Source: Deinococcales bacterium (GTDB lineage Bacteria; Deinococcota; Deinococci; Deinococcales; JAAFIG01). From it: DNA of 64,000 bases. Every line of letters starts with the position of its first letter. The stretch's first letter is position 1. Below the pieces are notes generated by a model. The model made no database searches. It was not told the DNA's origin and worked only from the letters and a program-made list of their open reading frames with translations. Shown in pieces: positions 56,170 through 64,000 of the stretch. The translations under genes were made by a program, and so were the position numbers. The stretch lies in the NCBI GenBank assembly GCA_043778225.1, contig JAYWGM010000032.1, forward strand, positions 42,364 through 106,363. Direction: 5' to 3'.

Positions 56170-57501
56170 ATGAAAGCAATCACAATTATCGGGGCTGGCT
56201 TGGCAGGTTCACAGGCAGCATTGGCGGCGGCAAGTCTTGGGGTGAAGGTTCGACTTTTTGAAATGCGCCCAAACCGCATGACTCCAGCCCATCGTAGCCA
56301 CGGAGCATCGGAATTGGTCTGTAGCAACAGCTTTGGTGGCGAAGGCGACAACAACGCCAAAGGTTTATTGCAAGCCGAAATGCGAATTGCGGCTGCGCCA
56401 ATTATGGAGGCTGCCGATGCCAACCGAATTCCAGCCGGCAATGCCTTGGCAGTCGAGCGCGATGGCTTTAGTGCCTATATTACAAAGTTGCTCGAGAACC
56501 ACGAACACATTACTTTGCACCGTGAAGAACTCACCCAAGTCCCCGATGGGATTGTGGTGATTGCTTCGGGTCCACTGACCTCGGATGCACTTGCCGAGGA
56601 TATTTTGACGCGTTTTGCTGGCGGTGAACGCTTGAGTTTTTATGATGCGGCTGCGCCAGTTCTCGAGTTTGACGGTATCAATATGGATTTGGTCTACCGC
56701 GCTGGGCGCTACGGGCAAGAAGCCGATTATTTGAACTGCCCATTTAACAAAGAAGAATACCTGCGTTTTTTTGCAGCACTCGAGGAGGCACGTAGCCACA
56801 CGCCACACGACTGGGAAAAACTCGAGTTTTTTGAAGGCTGTATGCCCATCGAAGAAATTGCACGGCGCGGCATAGACACCCCACGCTTTGGTCCACTCAA
56901 ACCTAAAGGACTGCCCGACCCACGCACTGGGCGCGAGCCGTATGCGGTGGCACAACTGCGCCAAGAGGACAGCGCTGGGCAACTCTGGAGCATTGTCGGC
57001 TTTCAGACTGGCTTAAAGTGGGGGGACCAACGGGGGGTGGTGCGCTTAATCCCCGGACTCGAGAATGCCGAAATTGCGCGTTATGGTGTGATGCACCGCA
57101 ACACTTATTTGTGCGCTCCAAAACTGCTCGAGCCAACTTTGCAATTTAAGGCGCACCCGCGCTTATTCACGGCTGGCGTGCTGGCTGGAACAGAAGGCTA
57201 CCTCGAAAGTGCTGCCACGGGTTGGCTGGCTGGCTTAAACGCGGCTCGGTTGGCACTGGGTCTCGAGACGGTTGTGCCGCCAGTTACCAGTATGCTTGGC
57301 GGCTTGGTGCGCTTTTTAGCCACCGCCGAAAGTAAGAATTTCCAGCCGATGAATACCAATTGGGCGCTTGTACCAGACTTAGAGTCGCACGAAAAACCAC
57401 CTGAATTACAGCACAAGAAAAAACTGGGCAAACAAGAAAAACGCCCGATTTTGTATGCTCGAGGAAAAAAAGATTTTGCGGCATGGCTCGAGACTTTATG
57501 A
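56170..57501 (+). CDS. trmFO: Methylenetetrahydrofolate--tRNA-(uracil-5)-methyltransferase TrmFO
   Basis: IIGAGLAGS, ELVCSNSF, FEGCMPIE, RYGVMHRN, GTEGYLES. Confidence 0.96.
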   Translation: MKAITIIGAGLAGSQAALAAASLGVKVRLFEMRPNRMTPAHRSHGASELVCSNSFGGEGDNNAKGLLQAEMRIAAAPIMEAADANRIPAGNALAVERDGFSAYITKLLENHEHITLHREELTQVPDGIVVIASGPLTSDALAEDILTRFAGGERLSFYDAAAPVLEFDGINMDLVYRAGRYGQEADYLNCPFNKEEYLRFFAALEEARSHTPHDWEKLEFFEGCMPIEEIARRGIDTPRFGPLKPKGLPDPRTGREPYAVAQLRQEDSAGQLWSIVGFQTGLKWGDQRGVVRLIPGLENAEIARYGVMHRNTYLCAPKLLEPTLQFKAHPRLFTAGVLAGTEGYLESAATGWLAGLNAARLALGLETVVPPVTSMLGGLVRFLATAESKNFQPMNTNWALVPDLESHEKPPELQHKKKLGKQEKRPILYARGKKDFAAWLETL

Positions 57502-58094
57502 CCTTAGACCATCTAGTCATTGCTGCACCAACTCTTAAAATTGGCGCAGCGTGGTTGCTCGAGCAGACGGGTGTGAGTCCCCAAGCTGGCGGCAAACACA
57601 CCTTGATGGGAACACATAATTTGCTGGTTCGCCTCGGTACAGATACCTACCTCGAGATTATAGCCATAGACCCAGATGCAGCCAAACCACCTCGAGCCAG
57701 ATGGTTTGAATTGGATAGACCAATCCTCAAACCACACCTGATTCATTGGGTGGCACGTTGCGATGACCTCGAGCAAATACAGCCACTCGAGAACCTAGGC
57801 ACAATCACCAAACTGACTCGAGGCGTATTTTCTTGGAGTCTAACGATTCCCGAAGATGGACACTTGCCTTGTGGCGGCGTTGTTCCGAGTTTAATTCAAT
57901 GGCACAGTCCAAACCCAAGCAGTAAGCTCGAGCCACGTGGTTTAGAACTCACCAAACTCGAGGCGTATCACCCAGAACCCGAACGCATCCAAGCCAATCT
58001 AGCTGCTCTGCATCTCGAGCTACCTGTACAATACGCCCCAAAGCCCAAACTCTGTGCCACGCTCGAGACTCCAAAAGGTCTGGTTACTTTCTAA
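57498..58094 (+). CDS. VOC family protein (Glyoxalase_3)
   Basis: LDHLVI, GGKH..MGTHN, YLEIIAIDP, PSLIQW. Confidence 0.88.
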   Translation: MTLDHLVIAAPTLKIGAAWLLEQTGVSPQAGGKHTLMGTHNLLVRLGTDTYLEIIAIDPDAAKPPRARWFELDRPILKPHLIHWVARCDDLEQIQPLENLGTITKLTRGVFSWSLTIPEDGHLPCGGVVPSLIQWHSPNPSSKLEPRGLELTKLEAYHPEPERIQANLAALHLELPVQYAPKPKLCATLETPKGLVTF

Positions 58095-58122
58095 GCCCCC
58101 TCTCATCTGGCGGGGCGTTAAA

Positions 58123-59958
58123 ATGCAGAACGTGCAAAAGCGGCAACTGCAACTGATTCTCTCGATTCTATTAACCATTAGCCTGATTCCAGCCCTGATT
58201 CTGGCTTGGCAACGGGTTGCCTTTGAGCGCAACTATAACGTTGTTGGCTTGACCATCGATTACGGCGATGTGGTGCAGCAAGCCCGAGAAAATGGTCTCG
58301 AGACCGCCGACCTCTTAAAGCGTTACAAAGCCCTTGGCATCAATGGCGTTTCGGTCTACGAACCCAGCCTTGGGCGTTTGATCCAAAACGATTTGGTCTT
58401 GTATCGCGAAGGTGCAGAATGGCGCAACCAACGTTTAAGCCTCCGTTTGGATGTTTCAGAGATTCGCTCTCGAGAATTTTATTTGCGTTCACTCAAGGCT
58501 GGTGCTGCCGAACGTTTTATCGCCAAATACCAGTATCCAGTGCGCCAAGTACAAATAGATGGGCAATTCTGGACGGCTTTTCCACTCAATATCTTAGCAT
58601 TGCCCGCCGGACCTGATTTAACATTGCAAGCCGAACTCGAGCAACTGGGGTTTTACGTGGTTTACCGCCCATTTGAAGCCGGCGCACTGCGCGACCCCGG
58701 AGCAGATTTTCCAAAAGTGCCGTTTATTGTTTACGCTGGCGATGAAATTACTGGCAACAGCACCGACCAAAAACGCCAAAAAATAGTTGAGCGCACCAAG
58801 AATTTAATCACGGGCATGGTTGAAGCCAACAAACAAGACGGTCTCGAGGAAGTGATTACGGTCAATCCAACGGTGCGCGTTTTTGCAATTCCAGCCGCTT
58901 GGCAAAAACGCCTTGTGCCAGAAGAAACAGCCAGTAAATTTATTCTGGCGGCTCGAGAACGCAATCACCGATTGTTGTACTTGCGCCCATATGAACGCAT
59001 AGACGACAGCGAAACTTTTTTCAAAGCCATTTTGGTAGGTCTCGAGCGAGCCGACTTAGAACTTGGGCAACCGATTGCCCTCGAGTTTACCCAAGATACG
59101 CTGCTGACACGTTTATCCTACTTTGGGGCGCTGCTGGGTTTGGCATTGTTCGCCACACTTTTCCCGTGGTGGTGGCTTGGTGCGGCAACCGCCCTTGGTG
59201 TACTGGGCATCTCGGTATTTTTTGCTGGGTTTGGCGCAAAAGGACTGGCGCTTTGTACTGCTTTGGTTTTTTCGGTGCTGGGTTTTGCGTTGGCTCGAGC
59301 CAAACTGCTCGACTGGGCAAGAGCCACAGGCATTACGGTTATGGGTGCATTCTTTGTTTCTGCCCTTGGGGTTAGCCGCAACGAAGTTCTAGCAATTGAA
59401 CCATTCGCAGGAGTCGGCTTGCTGCTGGTGCTGCCGCCAGTCTTGCTTGGTTTAACAATGATTCCAGCCCAAGACATTCGCAAAACCATTAAAGACCTTT
59501 GGAACACCCCCGTTAGCCTAGGCTTAATCGCGCTGATGGGATTTGCTGGGGCTGCGCTGGCGCTGATTGTCTTGCGGCGCGGCAACGACACTGGGGCTGG
59601 AATTTCGGATGCCGAAGCCAAAACTCGAGCCGCCGTTCAGGACAGCATTATTCGCCCGCGCAGTAAAGAACTGGCACTACACGCGCCCGGATTGGTTGGC
59701 TTATCTGGCTTATTTCCGATGTGGCTCAATAACTTATTGCTGATGGCAAGTTCAATCGGACAAGCCAGCATTATTGGTAGCTTCACGCATTTCCACACCC
59801 CGCTTTTAATCAGTTTGCTTCGTACCGTCAACGGAATCGCCATTGGCGGCGCAATCGGTTTTGCGGTGCTGGGCGTGGTCTGGTTTGCCAACACATATTT
59901 TAGAAAGTGGCTCGAGGAACAGAATGAAGGTCAAAAGGTCAAAGGGTTAAAAGGTTAA
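58123..59958 (+). CDS. DUF5693 family membrane protein
   Basis: LAARERNHRLLYLRP, RRGN, RPRSKE, FTHFHTPL. Confidence 0.8.
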   Translation: MQNVQKRQLQLILSILLTISLIPALILAWQRVAFERNYNVVGLTIDYGDVVQQARENGLETADLLKRYKALGINGVSVYEPSLGRLIQNDLVLYREGAEWRNQRLSLRLDVSEIRSREFYLRSLKAGAAERFIAKYQYPVRQVQIDGQFWTAFPLNILALPAGPDLTLQAELEQLGFYVVYRPFEAGALRDPGADFPKVPFIVYAGDEITGNSTDQKRQKIVERTKNLITGMVEANKQDGLEEVITVNPTVRVFAIPAAWQKRLVPEETASKFILAARERNHRLLYLRPYERIDDSETFFKAILVGLERADLELGQPIALEFTQDTLLTRLSYFGALLGLALFATLFPWWWLGAATALGVLGISVFFAGFGAKGLALCTALVFSVLGFALARAKLLDWARATGITVMGAFFVSALGVSRNEVLAIEPFAGVGLLLVLPPVLLGLTMIPAQDIRKTIKDLWNTPVSLGLIALMGFAGAALALIVLRRGNDTGAGISDAEAKTRAAVQDSIIRPRSKELALHAPGLVGLSGLFPMWLNNLLLMASSIGQASIIGSFTHFHTPLLISLLRTVNGIAIGGAIGFAVLGVVWFANTYFRKWLEEQNEGQKVKGLKG

Positions 59959-60033
59959 AAGTTCATTTCACCTTTTTCACCATAACTCGAGAAGTGCCGA
60001 CATAAACTCACTCGAGTGCTTTAGAATACAGCC

Positions 60034-61278
60034 ATGTACGTTAAAAGTGTTGAATTTCAGAATTTGCGTTGTTTCAAAGAAGGGACACTCAAGTTTAGGT
60101 TTCCTGATGATGAAATTGTTGTTCAAGAAGGTGTGCCAAATTTTGATAATGTAAATGTTATTTTGGGCGTAAACGGAGCAGGAAAAACGACCATACTTCG
60201 AGCCATTGCAATGACATTTTTGGCACAGTTTCCAAATTCATTCAATCCAGAAAATATGGTTAGAAAACAAGATCTAACTAAGAATTCATCAGCCAAACTC
60301 TTTTTGGATGTATTACCAACGGAAAAACCTGAACGCAATTTTAATCAATTTGAAGCAACAATAAGTCGTTTTAGCAACGGAGAGGAATTACTTAGTAAAA
60401 CTGTTCTGTTTATTGACCTCCAATTGCTCTACCCGATTCTCGAAGCACACGAGAAGAATGGTTTTTTTATTGTGGCTTATGGAGCAAACCGCCGTTTAGA
60501 ATTAGGTGATTTTTCGCTTTCTGACCGCCAAGAAAAACATCGTTATTTTCAAATCATTACACTTTTTTCAGATGAAGTTATTCTTGTACCACCACAAACT
60601 CTTTTCAAGGAAGCTAAAAACAAAGAAGCAGTTTTTGATTTACTCGAGCAACTCCTACCAAATGGTATTGCTTTTAATCGTGAAAAACTGGCTTTTGGGC
60701 ATCAGAATACCGAAATCGGAGCATTTGAATTAGCAGATGGTTACAAGTCTTATTTGGCTTGGATTTGCGATTTACTCTATTACATGGATATGGTCTGTCC
60801 GCTCAATACCAAGCTCCAAGATTTAACTGGAGTTGTGTTGGTGGACGAAATAGACCTGCATATTCATCCAAGTTGGCAACGCAACATTATTTCGCACATT
60901 GCCATAACATTACCCAATTTGCAATTCATTTTTACAACCCATAGCCCAATTATTGCTGGTTCAGTCTCGAGAGAAAATCTTTGGGTGACTCGTATTCTCG
61001 AGGATGGGAACAGCAGCATTGAGCGTCCTGAGACTGAAATTTATGGTTTGAATTCCGATCAGATTCTAACCTCAGATATTTTTGGTTTAGAATCAACTCG
61101 AGCCGAAGGTTTCTTAGATGAACTCGAGATTTTAGAGAAAAAAGCTGCTCAGGGAGATAATCAAGCTGCTTTGGATTTGATGCGCGGTTTAGCTCGAGGT
61201 AAGGCTGCTCTTGAAGAAAGTCCAACGCCAGATTGGGTTAAAGAAATCGCTGCGAAGCAAAAAGCCAAAACAACATGA
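60034..61278 (+). CDS. AAA_21/ABC ATPase, Septu PtuA-like
   Basis: GVNGAGKTT, YGANRR, LADGY, VDEIDLHIHPSWQR, TTHSP. Confidence 0.85.
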   Translation: MYVKSVEFQNLRCFKEGTLKFRFPDDEIVVQEGVPNFDNVNVILGVNGAGKTTILRAIAMTFLAQFPNSFNPENMVRKQDLTKNSSAKLFLDVLPTEKPERNFNQFEATISRFSNGEELLSKTVLFIDLQLLYPILEAHEKNGFFIVAYGANRRLELGDFSLSDRQEKHRYFQIITLFSDEVILVPPQTLFKEAKNKEAVFDLLEQLLPNGIAFNREKLAFGHQNTEIGAFELADGYKSYLAWICDLLYYMDMVCPLNTKLQDLTGVVLVDEIDLHIHPSWQRNIISHIAITLPNLQFIFTTHSPIIAGSVSRENLWVTRILEDGNSSIERPETEIYGLNSDQILTSDIFGLESTRAEGFLDELEILEKKAAQGDNQAALDLMRGLARGKAALEESPTPDWVKEIAAKQKAKTT

Positions 61279-62162
61279 TTGCGATTCGGATTGAAAAAAT
61301 AGCTTTAAGGTATTTAGTAGAACAAGTTAAATCGGGTTGGCTTGAACGTGCCGAGGAGCGTACCAATAACCTCACTCAACTTGGAAGATACGAAGAATCC
61401 TCGAGTATATGGGGCGAAATTAAAGAGGTTTTTTTTGATTTACAGGGCGAAAAATGTGCTTATTGCGAGACGAGCTTAAAACCGTTGCAGCATGGTTCTG
61501 TTGAATCTGACATTGAACATTACCGACCTAAGGGCAAAGTAACGATTTATCCCAAGGCGGATGACGGTTTTTCGTACTCCTTTTCAACGGGTAATGCTGC
61601 AAACGGCTATTACTGGTTGGCTTATGACTTGGAGAATTATGCTTTATGCTGCAAAACCTGTAACACGGGTTTGAAAGCAGAACATTTTCCAATTGCGGGT
61701 ACTCGAGGTAAAGCCGTGCAATCAACTGAAGAACTTGACAAACTCGAGTTGCCATTGCTGTTATTTCCATATCGGGACGACCCAACAGAATTTATTGATT
61801 TTTTCGGAGCAAGCCCACAAATCAGGCACTTAAATGGTCATTTATACAATCGCGCTCAGGTAACACTCGATTTTTTTCGACTCGCTCATGTGCATTCACG
61901 CGAAGATTTGTACTTGGAACGTTTTGCTGTCATTCGGCAATTGTATCTGGCTTTTGAAAACACGGTAAAGGAACATAGCCCCGAGAGACTACAATCAGAC
62001 CAAGAACTAATTTTTGCTTTCACAAGTCCTCAATCTGAACATACCGCTTGTGCCAGAGCTTATTTGCAATTGCTAGAAACCAATTTTGTAGAGGCTTGGC
62101 AAATCTATGAAGAAGCTGCTGCGTTTAAGATTAGAAAATCTCAGTCTAAAGGAAATTCATGA
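61275..62162 (+). CDS. HNH endonuclease, Septu PtuB-like
   Basis: KCAYCE, IEHYRPK, YWLAYDLEN..CCKTCN..K..FP. Confidence 0.82.
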   Translation: MIAIRIEKIALRYLVEQVKSGWLERAEERTNNLTQLGRYEESSSIWGEIKEVFFDLQGEKCAYCETSLKPLQHGSVESDIEHYRPKGKVTIYPKADDGFSYSFSTGNAANGYYWLAYDLENYALCCKTCNTGLKAEHFPIAGTRGKAVQSTEELDKLELPLLLFPYRDDPTEFIDFFGASPQIRHLNGHLYNRAQVTLDFFRLAHVHSREDLYLERFAVIRQLYLAFENTVKEHSPERLQSDQELIFAFTSPQSEHTACARAYLQLLETNFVEAWQIYEEAAAFKIRKSQSKGNS

Positions 62163-62794
62163 CCCAAGAACGCCACGCCCGCATTCGAGCGGTTCTCGAG
62201 AAACGCCAACCAGATTTAACGGTGCTGCTCGAACACGTCCATAAACCCCATAATATATCGGCGATTCTGCGTTCCTGCGATGCGGTTGGGTTGCTCGAGG
62301 CGCACATTGTGGCGCTCGAGGGTCGTCCGCCAACTTTTAACGAAACCAGTGCAGGTTCGGACAAATGGGTGCCGCTAGTGGCGCATGACAACACCGCCAG
62401 CGCCTTCTCGAGTTTACGCGCCAAGGGCTTTAAGGTTGTGGCAGCGCATTTATCCAGTACCGCTTTGGATTACCGAGCTTGGGATTACACCCAACCCACG
62501 GCGGTGCTGCTTGGTGCAGAAAAATGGGGTGTGTCCGAAGAAACTGCTAACCTTTGCGATGCCCACATTATTGTGCCAATGCACGGTATGGTACAAAGCC
62601 TGAATGTTTCGGTGGCGGCGGCGGTCATCCTTTTTGAAGCTCAACGCCAACGGCTCGAGGCGGGAATGTATAAAAGCAGTCGCTTGAGTGCCAAAGAATT
62701 TGCGCGAATCGAATACGAATGGCTCTATCCGAAAGAAGCCGAGATTTTGCGGTCTCGAGGCGTGGCGTACCCAAAACTCGAGTTCAATCAGTAA
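62159..62794 (+). CDS. trmH: tRNA (guanosine(18)-2'-O)-methyltransferase
   Basis: HKPHNISAILRSCDAVG, GAEKWG, GMVQSLNVSVA. Confidence 0.95.
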   Translation: MTQERHARIRAVLEKRQPDLTVLLEHVHKPHNISAILRSCDAVGLLEAHIVALEGRPPTFNETSAGSDKWVPLVAHDNTASAFSSLRAKGFKVVAAHLSSTALDYRAWDYTQPTAVLLGAEKWGVSEETANLCDAHIIVPMHGMVQSLNVSVAAAVILFEAQRQRLEAGMYKSSRLSAKEFARIEYEWLYPKEAEILRSRGVAYPKLEFNQ

Positions 62795-62815
62795 TCAAAT
62801 CACATAGGAGTACCC

Positions 62816-63769
62816 ATGAACCCAGAACTCGAAATTCTCGAGCCTCAAGAACTATTTAGTGCCATCACCCCAGACACGGGGCGCTTGGACGTGATGCTCA
62901 GTCGCGTCGCAGGAATCTCGAGGGCATTGGCTCGAGTCTGGCTGGAGGCTGGGGCAGCACGGGTTAATGGGCTGGTGGTGCTAAAAGCCAGTACCAACTT
63001 AAAAGGCACAGAAATGCTCGAGTGGACTCCACCACCGCCGTTGCCTTCCGAAATTTTGCCTGAAAACATTCCGCTCACGATTTTATTTGAAGATGATTTT
63101 GTGATTGCCGTGGATAAACCAGCTGGAATGCTGACCCATCCGGCGGCTCATGTGCATAGTGGAACATTGGTCAATGCGCTCTTAGGGCGTGTGCCTTTGG
63201 CGCTCGAGGGTGAGGATTTTGGGGCTGAAGGCTACCGCCCGGGGATTGTGCATCGGCTAGACCAAGACACCAGTGGTGTGATTATTGTTGCCAAAACAAG
63301 GGAAGCCCACACCAAACTGGGTAAGGCATTTGCCGACCGCCGCACCCGCAAACAGTACCGAGCCATTACCGTGGGCATCCCGCCAGAAATTACTTTGGAT
63401 GCCAGCATCGGCAGACACCCGACGATTAAAACCCGCATGAGTGTGGCTGGAACGAACGCCAAGGATGCCAAAACCGAATTTAAGGTCTTGGACACCACGC
63501 CAAACAACCATGCACTGGTTGAAACCCGAATTTTTACGGGGCGCACCCATCAGATTCGGGTACATTTACAGCATTTGCATACCCCGATTTTAGGCGATGA
63601 TGTCTACGGACGACCCTCGAATCTGATAGACCGCCAAGCGCTTCATGCCTATTTGCTCGAGTTACAACATCCAATCACACTTGAGACACTGCGAATTACT
63701 TGCGACCCGCCCGAGGATATGGTGCAGGCGTGGTTAGCCCTTGGTGGAGTCTGGAATTCTAAACTGTGA
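62816..63769 (+). CDS. RluA family pseudouridine synthase with S4 domain (RluD-like)
   Basis: RLD, VDKPAG, GIVHRLDQDTSG, TGRTHQIRVH, RQALHA. Confidence 0.93.
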   Translation: MNPELEILEPQELFSAITPDTGRLDVMLSRVAGISRALARVWLEAGAARVNGLVVLKASTNLKGTEMLEWTPPPPLPSEILPENIPLTILFEDDFVIAVDKPAGMLTHPAAHVHSGTLVNALLGRVPLALEGEDFGAEGYRPGIVHRLDQDTSGVIIVAKTREAHTKLGKAFADRRTRKQYRAITVGIPPEITLDASIGRHPTIKTRMSVAGTNAKDAKTEFKVLDTTPNNHALVETRIFTGRTHQIRVHLQHLHTPILGDDVYGRPSNLIDRQALHAYLLELQHPITLETLRITCDPPEDMVQAWLALGGVWNSKL

Positions 63770-64000
63770 GGGTACAACCACACTCGAGCCTAAATCATTG
63801 CTGGCTAATACAAACAATGACCCCTGCCACGCCAAAACCTGCAAAGTATCGGTTTGGCTGAAAGTTTCAAACTCGAGTTGATAACTTATACCGAATTAAC
63901 TTAATCACTCTCGTTTGACCCAAAAACGGTCAAACTGTCACTCAAGCGTTAATTCGGTCTTTTATCACTCCTTTTAGTCGGTTAATCAGTCAAAATACAC

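Noticed and set aside
59959..60033. Retron msr-msd upstream of the PtuAB-like pair
   Set aside because: Too short, no a1/a2 repeats and no reverse transcriptase in the window.
63890..63958. Integron attC site
   Set aside because: The ends do not fit RYYYAAC/GTTRRRY and the inner L boxes do not pair.

Overview
Bacterial chromosome segment, most likely from a Deinococcota (Deinococcales-like) organism. This is inferred from a DdrO-type RDRM box before uvrB, many leaderless TANNNT-N6/7-ATG promoters and a DUF5693 gene. The hexamer CTCGAG is strongly over-represented throughout. Housekeeping genes are recN, deoD, a Ca2+/H+ antiporter, uvrB, a DEAD-box helicase, aroB, trmFO, trmH and an RluA-family pseudouridine synthase. 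Accessory content: (i) an ~8.7 kb element integrated in tRNA-Val(CAC), with a Rep_trans/MOBT-type initiator that carries an oriT/dso-like C7-TAACA-G6 hairpin inside its gene, a PIN TA pair, divergent RHH regulators and a tyrosine integrase; (ii) a TetR-controlled MMPL / cytochrome c / copper type II monooxygenase / LolA-like / outer-membrane operon; (iii) an AAA ATPase / LRV-repeat / DUF2201-VWA operon; (iv) TA modules, one flanked by CTCGAG-bounded direct repeats; (v) four tandem S41-PDZ protease genes, one apparently inactive; (vi) a 517-aa LAGLIDADG+HTH intein in the UvrB Walker A motif; (vii) a GntR-regulated peptide-ABC / dipeptidase / oxidoreductase locus with a non-Pro1 tautomerase; (viii) three paralogous secreted two-repeat proteins; (ix) a Septu-like ATPase/HNH pair. 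All calls come from reading motifs by eye; no database searches were run.
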